Shown piece after piece: positions 56,066 to 64,000 of a stretch of 64,000 bases of DNA. Within the stretch, counting starts at the first letter, position 1. Every line of letters starts with the position of its first letter. The notes beneath the pieces were generated by a model. The model was not told the origin of the DNA. It made no database searches and saw only the letters and a program-made list of their open reading frames with translations. Position numbers and translations under genes: made by a program. The DNA lies in the NCBI GenBank assembly GCA_016928095.1, contig JAFGLL010000051.1, positions 11,779-75,778 of the forward strand, written 5' to 3'. This stretch comes from Thermoplasmatota archaeon (GTDB taxonomy: Archaea > Thermoplasmatota > Penumbrarchaeia > Penumbrarchaeales > Penumbrarchaeaceae).

Positions 56066-56733
56066 AGATGGAACTGATGGTGAACGAGATATTCGTATCT
56101 TTCCAGGGTGAAGGGGTCCATACAGGCATCCCGACGGTATTCGTTAGACTTGCAGGCTGCAATCTCAGATGCAGATGGTGTGATACGGAATATGCTCTTG
56201 ACCCCTCTTCAGGCATACGGATGTCCATGCATGATATACTTACCGAGGTTGAAAGATATCACGTGGGAATGGTATGTCTCACGGGAGGCGAACCTCTGAT
56301 GCAGGAGGGTTGCGTCGAACTCGTCAAGTGCTTGATATCCAGGAACATTTTGGTGGATATCGAGACCAACGGATCGCTTGACATAGGGGCCTTGATCGAA
56401 AATGGGGAGCATGTCCTCATATCAATGGACGCCAAGACCCCATCTTCGGGTATGCAGGAGAGGATCTTCGGATCGAACATTGCGATGCTGCGACCGTGGG
56501 ACCAGCTGAAGTTCATAGTGAAGGACGAGCCTGATATCCGATACGCTGCCGGCATCATAAGAGAATTCGGTCCCGTATGCAATATTATCTTCACACCCGA
56601 GGGGAACCAGGATACCGAGAAGATCGCAGGGCTCATCCTGGAAATGGTACTTTCCAATGAACTTCCCAAATGTGCAAGGCTTATGCTCCAGATGCACAAG
56701 ATGATCTGGGGACCGGATAGAAGAAGGAGCTAG
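56062..56733 (+). CDS. queE: 7-carboxy-7-deazaguanine synthase (radical SAM)
   Basis: EIF.SFQGEG; FVRLAGCNLRCRWCDT; LTGGEPL; IETNG; QMHK. Confidence 0.95.
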   Translation: MKMELMVNEIFVSFQGEGVHTGIPTVFVRLAGCNLRCRWCDTEYALDPSSGIRMSMHDILTEVERYHVGMVCLTGGEPLMQEGCVELVKCLISRNILVDIETNGSLDIGALIENGEHVLISMDAKTPSSGMQERIFGSNIAMLRPWDQLKFIVKDEPDIRYAAGIIREFGPVCNIIFTPEGNQDTEKIAGLILEMVLSNELPKCARLMLQMHKMIWGPDRRRS

Positions 56734-57347
56734 AGAGAGGTGACCGGGTCCATCCCGGACATGGGTCCAAGTAGTTGTGCTATTTCCTCCTCGGTCAGTA
56801 TCTCTTCGGTGACCATACCTTCTTCGGGGGAGATTATTGCACTATTACCCATCGGGTCCTCGATCACCAGGGTTATCTGCTTGCCTTCGGGTAAAGAACC
56901 ATCCATAAGACCGTCGAGGAGCATGAGGAGCTCCGATGCCTTTGCCCTCTTTTCCTCGATGTCCGGTGTATCCGGATGACGGTCCATATCATCTCTCATT
57001 TGGATCAGGATGTCCCGGATCCTTCTCAATATACCTTCGACATTCGTGACATAGCCTTCAGATATCCTTCCAGGATCGATCCTGGCCCCGATCTCCGGGA
57101 CCCGGACGGTGGATGTACCCGATCTCACGACCCTGAGGTCCAATCGTTCGGGAGGACCAAGGACAACGGAATACCTCTTGGGTTTCCTTGTTTCAACAGG
57201 AATGATGTCCGATGACCTGAACCCACAACGGGGACAGATAATGGTTGAGATGACCATCTCACCAAAATAAGGGACCATCATCTGTTCAGTGGATATGTTC
57301 AACACACCTTCTAGGCAGGCAGGACACATCACCTGGTAGTTACCCAT
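56730..57347 (-). CDS. ZPR1-type zinc finger protein
   Basis: CPAC..VPYFGE..CPRCGFR; VVRS; EGYVTNVEGIL; IEDPMGNSAI. Confidence 0.9.
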   Translation of the reverse strand: MGNYQVMCPACLEGVLNISTEQMMVPYFGEMVISTIICPRCGFRSSDIIPVETRKPKRYSVVLGPPERLDLRVVRSGTSTVRVPEIGARIDPGRISEGYVTNVEGILRRIRDILIQMRDDMDRHPDTPDIEEKRAKASELLMLLDGLMDGSLPEGKQITLVIEDPMGNSAIISPEEGMVTEEILTEEEIAQLLGPMSGMDPVTSL

Positions 57348-57365
57348 ATGGACATACCCTGTGAT

Positions 57366-57764
57366 CTAGAACTTCTTCCTTTCTATCCTCTTCATCTTCT
57401 TCTTGTCGATACCGATACCTTTCGGTGTGACCATGAGCATGTTCTGTCCTACACCGGCGATATCACCGTTGATATCCTCAACGACCCTCTTCAGTTCGGT
57501 GATGGTCCTTTTAAGCTCGAGATCATCATTGGCGATCGGAGTGAAGTCAAGTACAAGGATGTTGCCCTCGTAAACGAGGTTCGAAAGTTCCGGTACCTGT
57601 CTGTATCCTTCGATATCGGCGAACTTGACGAACGGTCCCCCGGTGTTCGAGGGACTCGGGTCCCTTCCCTTGAGCACTCCCAGGTCTATGTATGTCCTGC
57701 CGATGTTGACATCATCCTGTGGGTTTTCCTCATCCGTATCTTTCTTTCTATTGAGCCAACCCAT
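57366..57764 (-). CDS. sepF: Cell division protein SepF
   Basis: YIDL; GNILVLDF; LKRTITELK; GDIAG; MVTPKGI; typical ZPR1-sepF neighbourhood. Confidence 0.88.
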   Translation of the reverse strand: MGWLNRKKDTDEENPQDDVNIGRTYIDLGVLKGRDPSPSNTGGPFVKFADIEGYRQVPELSNLVYEGNILVLDFTPIANDDLELKRTITELKRVVEDINGDIAGVGQNMLMVTPKGIGIDKKKMKRIERKKF

Positions 57765-57958
57765 AATATCCCTCCAAAACAGTTAAAATTCCCATACTTT
57801 GCATGTGGTCATTCAGTTTTACGATTAAATACTTTATCCCCGGGAAACCGGTGCTGGTCCATCGGTCATCAGGGACAAAATCATTTTTTTTGGAAAATGG
57901 ATTTTTTTCACTAGTTAACCGTCGTTCTTATGGAAGTGCCCCCTCGATCCAAAGTGCA

Positions 57959-60900
57959 TCATTCCGGCGATGTCGGAGGGTCTTGCTGGACGATCGTTTC
58001 CTGGACAGCTGCTTTCTGCAGTATATCCTCAGGAATGTCATTCTCGGAGATCGAATCCAGGTCCGCTATCTGACCGGGGGCCATGGGTGAGAATATATCA
58101 TCAATGGCCTCCAACCTTCTCTCGTCTATCGGTTTCTCCTCCACCTGGTCAAAGACGGATGTGTCCCCCTTGACCTTATCTGATGATTCGATGAACAGCT
58201 CCACATCCTGTTTGGACCTCTGGATCTCCTCGAGCTTTTTCTTCTTCTCCTCTTCCTCCTCCTGCTGTTTCTTTTTCCTCATGATCAGGACGACAGCAAG
58301 TGCCAGGGCAAGGACCACGAGTACCACTGCAACAAGTATCATTGCAATGAGGAGAGGGCTCGTCTTTTCCTCGTCATTGGCCACGAGTATCGTAATGGTC
58401 TTAGCTGTCGAATTCTCGAAACCATCGAATGCTTTTACGGTTATGACAAGCTCTCCATCGGGGTATTCCTTCGTATCTATCTTGTAGGTCCAGCTCTCTC
58501 CTTCCAGAGGTATGAAGTTCTCGGTGTCACCGACCATTACATATATCCCCTTTAACGGGCTCGGGCTGACGGAAACCGTCCCGCCTATGACGAGGTCCCC
58601 TTTGATCTTCTGTCCATCTTTGGAGGTGTCCATTCTGAAGTCCCAGACCCTTGGAGCTCTGGATACATGGACGGAGAAGTTCTGGTAAACCTTGTAATGG
58701 GTGGAGGAGACCTTTATCGATACCATATGATACCCCAATTGGGAGCCGTTAGGGGTCCATAATAAATTCTCGGAAAGGTCATCGTAATACATCCCGGGAG
58801 GTCCATTATCCAGTTCAACGAAGTATATGTCATCATCGGGTTCCGTTATCCATATGTTGTAGTACCATTCCACGTAATCGAATAGCTCCGTATTGGGATC
58901 CGATGTTATCGTTGGTGGAATATCCAGGAAGGTAATGTTGACAAAGAAAATGATCTCTGAAAAGGCCCCATCCATATCAGTGGCCCTGACCCTGAACTTC
59001 TGCGGTTCCTCCAGATAGAGCTGCGGGGTCCATGTGAGATAACCAAGTTCGAAAGCGATCGAAGACCCTGTCGGACCTTCAGGCAGGGAATATTGAACGA
59101 GATCCATTGGATCAAGGTCGTAAGCATTGAACTGGAAGGAGAACGTCTCTCCCATGAGAACCTCCGCACCGATCGGCGCGAGGGTCGAAAAGATCGGGGC
59201 ATCATTGATATTTTGGACCGTCAACATGAAGACATAGGACCTCTGGTCCATTCCGTCACCCAGGACCAATGTCCATTCCAAGTTACCGACCTGCCATCCG
59301 TTCGGCTGGAATATAACGGTTCCCAGCTCATCGATGGTCATATTTTCCGGTGCATTCACCAGACTGTAAAGGATATCGTCATTCTCGACATCTACGGCAT
59401 GAGGCAGATACTGTAATTTTGCCCCCTGGAGGATCTGAATATCGGGAAGGCTTGTGATCGCTGGAGGATCGTTCACAGGATCGACGTTCAGGTCGATCCC
59501 GAGGTTCCTGGACCTACCTCCACTGATATCGGTGGCGGTAACGATTATCGATATCTCCCCTGTCCAGTTCGTACTATCGGTCCCATTTTGAAGATCTATG
59601 GCAATGTAGCGACCATTGTTGATGTAAGTTTTGAACATCGTCCGATTAACGCCTGTTGAGCTGACCTGATAGACCAGATCGCTGTCTTCAGTGAGGTCGT
59701 CCTGGAAGAGCAGGTATGCATCGATCAATTCCATAACATGAGAATCCTCGTCGACATGAATGATCCCGGGAATACCCTCGATCTCCGGAACAAGGTCAAC
59801 AGTGACATCGATGTCATCTATCCTTATACCCCCTTCCGACGATCCCCCGTATGCGATGGGGACCTTTATGATACCAAGGTCATTGTCAATGTTCGCATCG
59901 GTTCTTGACAGATAGTTATTGAAGGCCTGGGCTATCTCTCCTGTGGACCTTTCCATATCATAGACCATCTTGAAATTATCGATCCTGAATTGATTGGACC
60001 CTTCCAGGCTGCTAATGCTCACCATACCTACCTCGATATCTATGTAAATAAAACCATCATACGGCGTGTTGAGGGATGGTATCTTCTTCTGGATCTGGGA
60101 ATTGATATATGAGGAAAGGTCAACTGTTGTTATCACCTCGCCTTCGTATAGATGGTCCTGGTCATATGTCCAGACCTCCTCCCCGTTTATGTATACAACT
60201 GGTGAATTGGGAGGTATCTCGGTTATCGGGAACCGTTCATGGACCCATGTCCAACCGAGATTGGAGGCCTTGGGAGCACCTACCACAAGGTCCCCGAAAC
60301 CGTCCTTTCGAAGGTCGGTCCCGAAAGCTACCGAGTAACCGTAATTATCCCCCGACGTCGTCGAAGTCTTGGACCAGAGAGGTGATGAAGAAGACATCGA
60401 ATATAGGCCAACGTATCCACGGTTCGTGCCACTTCCAGGTGCACCGATGGCGATCTCCGGGATCGAATCTCCATTGATATCATATCCGATATCCATATCC
60501 TGTCCGAAATTGGAAACTCCGTTGGGGGCGGTGAAGGTCACATCCGCGCTTGTATCATAGGACACGCCTCCGTGATGTATCAATACCGATCCTCTGCTGG
60601 GATCGGGGAGACCGATGGCCAGAGAATCTCCTTGGGGTCCGGATAGCTGTCCGATGAAACTGACCGCCCGTATGGTGCTTGAGGGGAAAGATGCCAGAGG
60701 GTCGAAATTGGAATCATAGGATGTGTCCAGAGGTGAACCACCGTGGAAGACGAACACATCCTGGTCCGAGGCCACGGCCATATCATCCTTTTTATCATTG
60801 TTCATGTCACCTGCGGAAAGGGTTTTACCGAAGGAATTATCTGATTTTGATCCGTTTATCACGGTCAGCAGTTCCAGCTGGTATACAAGATCATCCGGGC

Positions 60901-61900
60901 CCTGTACCTGATGGTAGATATGGACTGAACCGGTCCCGGAGTTGGCACCCGGTGCTCCAACGAGGAGTTCATCATCACCATCACCATCAAGATCGCCAAC
61001 GGCCAGGGCTTCTCCGAACCGGTCCCCGCTCCGGTTTCCTTCCAGCGTCTGGAAAGAAATGTACCCTGTACCAATATCCATTAGCTCCACTGATCCCCGG
61101 TTCGAATCATGTCCTGGTGCACCAACGGCGAACTTAGGTATTTTTTCTCCGGTAATGGCGATCTGGTCCGAAAGTGAGTAACCGAATTCGTCGAACCTCA
61201 CCGAGCTGGTTACCAGTATCGTGTAGATAATACCTGTACTGTCCCCGTAGATGAGGAATACCCTGCCGGAACTCGTGGAGTAACCTGGATCCCCCATGCC
61301 AACATATGTCCCGTCAAGGTCCTTGACACTGTAACCGACCATGTCCCCGGCTGTATCCCCGGTCAGATAATAGTCCTTCCATTCTGCACTGCGCTGGAAA
61401 CCTGTGATGTTAAAGGAGGCTGATGTCAAAGTAGCGTTCTTCGGAAGAACGAACCGACCGTTCAACTTTGTACTTGCTGTCACTGTTCCTTCAATGAAGG
61501 ATTCCAGGGTCCGCGTCCTGTTCTGAAAACCCCATGTTCCGAACATTTCTTCCCCGGAATTTCCGTACACGTACTCCTTGGTCTCCGCTCCTATGTTCAA
61601 CCATGCATCAGCGGAGTATCTTGTACTTCCAGCAGTATATGGTATGTTCGAATAGCTCATGTTCGCGGATACAACGGTCGCACCGATAGGGACAGGATAA
61701 TAATATGAAGTGTTCGAATTCTTCCCGGGGTCCAGTTTTATCTCTGTTCCGGGTATGACCTGGTTCCACGGGATGGCCCTTCCCGGAGCCTCCTCCTCTT
61801 CCGAAATGCTCCTTGCAGGCCCGTTCAATAGCATGATCATGGGAACTGAGCTCATCATCAATGCGATCAGGAGGGTCAGAACGTGTCTGGACATTTCCAT
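57959..61900 (-). CDS. Giant surface adhesin-like protein: FG-GAP/integrin-alpha-like propeller, cadherin/He_PIG-like repeats, C-terminal TM
   Basis: FG..[LV]..GD[LM][DN]GDG.D[ED]L.VGAP repeats; NDPP.ITS.P, NDAP.F and PP.ITSDP repeats; TM LLIAMILVAVVLVVLALALAVVLI; ATG 61900 or 61894 preferred over 62098. Confidence 0.88.
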   Translation of the reverse strand: MEMSRHVLTLLIALMMSSVPMIMLLNGPARSISEEEEAPGRAIPWNQVIPGTEIKLDPGKNSNTSYYYPVPIGATVVSANMSYSNIPYTAGSTRYSADAWLNIGAETKEYVYGNSGEEMFGTWGFQNRTRTLESFIEGTVTASTKLNGRFVLPKNATLTSASFNITGFQRSAEWKDYYLTGDTAGDMVGYSVKDLDGTYVGMGDPGYSTSSGRVFLIYGDSTGIIYTILVTSSVRFDEFGYSLSDQIAITGEKIPKFAVGAPGHDSNRGSVELMDIGTGYISFQTLEGNRSGDRFGEALAVGDLDGDGDDELLVGAPGANSGTGSVHIYHQVQGPDDLVYQLELLTVINGSKSDNSFGKTLSAGDMNNDKKDDMAVASDQDVFVFHGGSPLDTSYDSNFDPLASFPSSTIRAVSFIGQLSGPQGDSLAIGLPDPSRGSVLIHHGGVSYDTSADVTFTAPNGVSNFGQDMDIGYDINGDSIPEIAIGAPGSGTNRGYVGLYSMSSSSPLWSKTSTTSGDNYGYSVAFGTDLRKDGFGDLVVGAPKASNLGWTWVHERFPITEIPPNSPVVYINGEEVWTYDQDHLYEGEVITTVDLSSYINSQIQKKIPSLNTPYDGFIYIDIEVGMVSISSLEGSNQFRIDNFKMVYDMERSTGEIAQAFNNYLSRTDANIDNDLGIIKVPIAYGGSSEGGIRIDDIDVTVDLVPEIEGIPGIIHVDEDSHVMELIDAYLLFQDDLTEDSDLVYQVSSTGVNRTMFKTYINNGRYIAIDLQNGTDSTNWTGEISIIVTATDISGGRSRNLGIDLNVDPVNDPPAITSLPDIQILQGAKLQYLPHAVDVENDDILYSLVNAPENMTIDELGTVIFQPNGWQVGNLEWTLVLGDGMDQRSYVFMLTVQNINDAPIFSTLAPIGAEVLMGETFSFQFNAYDLDPMDLVQYSLPEGPTGSSIAFELGYLTWTPQLYLEEPQKFRVRATDMDGAFSEIIFFVNITFLDIPPTITSDPNTELFDYVEWYYNIWITEPDDDIYFVELDNGPPGMYYDDLSENLLWTPNGSQLGYHMVSIKVSSTHYKVYQNFSVHVSRAPRVWDFRMDTSKDGQKIKGDLVIGGTVSVSPSPLKGIYVMVGDTENFIPLEGESWTYKIDTKEYPDGELVITVKAFDGFENSTAKTITILVANDEEKTSPLLIAMILVAVVLVVLALALAVVLIMRKKKQQEEEEEKKKKLEEIQRSKQDVELFIESSDKVKGDTSVFDQVEEKPIDERRLEAIDDIFSPMAPGQIADLDSISENDIPEDILQKAAVQETIVQQDPPTSPE

Positions 61901-62027
61901 TTTCGGTCCCCCTTCGGGTTCTGTTCGAGTGGAGTGTAGGGACTGATTATATATCTTTCCTATCCCTGCCCCAGAGTAAGTTTTATGTTCATGGTCTGAA
62001 TAACCGACCAGGGGTGGACAGGTGTAT

Positions 62028-62861
62028 ATGGACCTTCGGTGCATGCCATGTTTTGTCAAACAGTATACCAATGAGCTCGAAGGGTCCCACCTTTCCATGG
62101 AACAGAACGAGGAGATCGTAAGAGAGATGCTCTCTCTTTTTTCATCTATGAGATATGATCAGGCGCCTGTCGATGTCTCATTGATCATGCATAAAAGGAT
62201 GTTGGATCTCGGAGTGTCGGTGGACCCTTACCGGATGTTGAAGGAGATATCGACAAGAAAAGCGCTTGAAATGGTGGGGGAGATCGAGAGAGAGGTCCTT
62301 TCGGCGAAAGACCCGATCTTTGATGCCATACTTGTTTCCATGGCGGGGAACGTGATAGATTACGGTGCGAAGAACATGCTGAACCTTGAAGAGGTACTCG
62401 GTATGGCAAGGAAGAACGGTTTCAGGATCAACGATCATCACCTGTTCCGAGAAAAGCTTATGTCCGCCCGCGAGGTTGTGATGTTCCTTGACAATTCCGG
62501 TGAGGTGGTCTTCGATCATCTTTTGATGAGGACCATTCATAGATACTATCCCTCTATCAGGTTCAAGGCCGTTGTCAAACGGATACCGCTCCTGAACGAT
62601 GTCACAAAAGAGGATGCCAGACAGGCAGGGATGACCGATGGATATATCGAACTGGTGGAGCTGCCAGACGAAGGCTGGATAAGACCGGAGCAGCTGTGTC
62701 TTTTCCCCGATGCGGATATATTCCTCTCCAAGGGGCAGGGGAACTTCGAATCGCTCAGCGAGGCAGGAGGTGTTTTCTTTCTGCTGGTGACCAAATGCGA
62801 GGTTGTAGCTGAATATCTGGGTGTCAAGGTCGGAGAGATGGTGTTCAAATACACCAATTAA
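62028..62861 (+). CDS. DUF89 / ARMT1-like damage-control phosphatase
   Basis: CMPCF; GNVIDYG; DNSGEVVFD; NDVT; KGQGNFESLSE; TKC. Confidence 0.9.
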   Translation: MDLRCMPCFVKQYTNELEGSHLSMEQNEEIVREMLSLFSSMRYDQAPVDVSLIMHKRMLDLGVSVDPYRMLKEISTRKALEMVGEIEREVLSAKDPIFDAILVSMAGNVIDYGAKNMLNLEEVLGMARKNGFRINDHHLFREKLMSAREVVMFLDNSGEVVFDHLLMRTIHRYYPSIRFKAVVKRIPLLNDVTKEDARQAGMTDGYIELVELPDEGWIRPEQLCLFPDADIFLSKGQGNFESLSEAGGVFFLLVTKCEVVAEYLGVKVGEMVFKYTN

Positions 62862-63249
62862 TTAAAGAACAATAGAAGATCATTATTATTATTTATTTGT
62901 TATATAACAATATACAAAATATTAATGCATTGATACCATACTAATGAAAGAACATGATAAAATTAATACGTTTATATATTATTGTACATATTCTATTACT
63001 AGTTTAATGGATTAAAATCTAATATTATATCTCATTAGGTATAAATTCATATTGCAAAATTATCATCTCTCTTTAACATTTCAATGATATTGTCCGAAGG
63101 TGTACCTCCTGCATGTTCACAACAGCTACCCCCAGAAAATCCTCTAAATTGAGTAAAATTAATCTATAACCAATTACTGTACAGTGTAATGTATTGATCG
63201 ATACAACCCTTGAAGAGAGGTTGACGATAATACATGCAGGGGGAAGAAA

Positions 63250-63600
63250 ATGAAGGAAACAGGTATCTGCGTAAATTGTGATTCTGAAAAAGCAAAGAAC
63301 ATCGTGGAGGAGTCGTTCAAGGAGAAAGGATTCAAGGTCGATTATGATGGCAATAACGGTGTTGCCGAAAAAGGTAGTAAGATGATGAGGATGTTCTTCG
63401 GAGGATTTGCTGACTACTACAAGATAGAGTTTGATGTTCATACTAAGAAAAATGATAGTGTTGTGAACATTAAAAAAAGATCCAGTGGCATATCCGGCGG
63501 TTTGGTCGGCGCATCCAAAGCGGAGAATATGTACAATAGTGTGATCCAGGACCTGATCACAAAGTTCGAAGGATCAGGGATACGAGTCAAAAAACAATAG
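63250..63600 (+). CDS. Hypothetical protein
   Basis: GGGGAAG SD-like element; 116-aa ORF with glycine-rich segments (MFFGGF, SGISGGLVG). Confidence 0.6.
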   Translation: MKETGICVNCDSEKAKNIVEESFKEKGFKVDYDGNNGVAEKGSKMMRMFFGGFADYYKIEFDVHTKKNDSVVNIKKRSSGISGGLVGASKAENMYNSVIQDLITKFEGSGIRVKKQ

Positions 63601-63856
63601 ATCGATGATCCTAATGATACGATCTTCTAACTCTTGATGTAAGGGAAAAGGGGAACAGGTATGAGAATATCCTTCGGGATCAAGCACCGCTGTAAAGTCC
63701 GTGATACGGGCACACGATAATCCCAGGATTCCGTAAAATCGTAAGCGATTTCACTTACCTTGAGACGAGTATGTTTCAAGAACAATGTTCGAATCCGGAA
63801 AAGACATCCCTGATCCTGTTTGTCAATGAATTATAAAATAACACGAACAGGATGGA

Positions 63857-63938
63857 TGCAGGGAGCCGGATTCGAACCGACGTACCACTAAGGACCGGAT
63901 CTTAAGTCCGGCGCCGTTAACCACTTGGCTATCCCTGC
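63857..63938 (-). tRNA. tRNA-Leu(TAA), CCA not encoded
   Basis: Reverse complement GCAGGGATAGCCAAGTGGTTAACGGCGCCGGACTTAAGATCCGGTCCTTAGTGGTACGTCGGTTCGAATCCGGCTCCCTGCA; long variable arm; anticodon loop CTTAAGA. Confidence 0.95.
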
Positions 63939-64000
63939 ATGGTCGTTTTGCGACCAAGATGGGCCCGGATATAATAATATTATCCGTATCGAGAGGGTCA

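Noticed and set aside
54895-56733. Dpd-type DNA 7-deazaguanine modification or defence island
   Set aside because: No dpdA/TGT-like or other dpd genes in the window; flanks are housekeeping genes
63481-63490. Partial ORB-like TCCAGTGG (also near 46644)
   Set aside because: Only 8 of 13 core bases match, and both copies lie inside coding sequence

Overview
This window is archaeal core-genome DNA. The gene set (ATP-dependent ligase, MCM, FEN-1, NAC, SepF, RaSEA, DGGGP synthase, geranylgeranyl reductase, grpE-dnaK-dnaJ) and GGTG/GGAGG Shine-Dalgarno motifs suggest an anaerobic, peptide-fermenting Thermoplasmatota-like euryarchaeon; the lineage is inferred. I support about 46 CDS and 3 tRNAs (Asp-GTC, Val-CAC, Leu-TAA), and see no rRNA, CRISPR array, transposase or integrase. 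Most notable observations: (1) a ~550-nt intergenic region at 6.3-6.85 kb packed with nested helices behind a TATA box, a candidate undescribed structured ncRNA; (2) a DnaK whose tail carries two copies of a CxxC..S-x-x-RP..CPxCG zinc ribbon, with a third copy at the end of a 547-aa coiled-coil protein 30 kb away; (3) a 42.7-54.9 kb block with an SPFH-zinc-ribbon protein, a YdjG-like protein, an EF-hand HtpX, that coiled-coil protein, a 1218-aa HerA-DUF835-SAP-coiled coil-wHTH fusion, a membrane protein and a transglutaminase, which may be one membrane-remodelling or DNA-handling system; (4) a Bacteroides-type serine-palmitoyltransferase-like gene missed by the ORF track; (5) an exact ORB core directly upstream of mcm; (6) a membrane-spanning CARDB-TM-double-wHTH regulator; (7) an AroD-AroE fusion with both catalytic sites substituted. 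All family assignments come from motif recognition and recalled reference sequences; no database searches were run.
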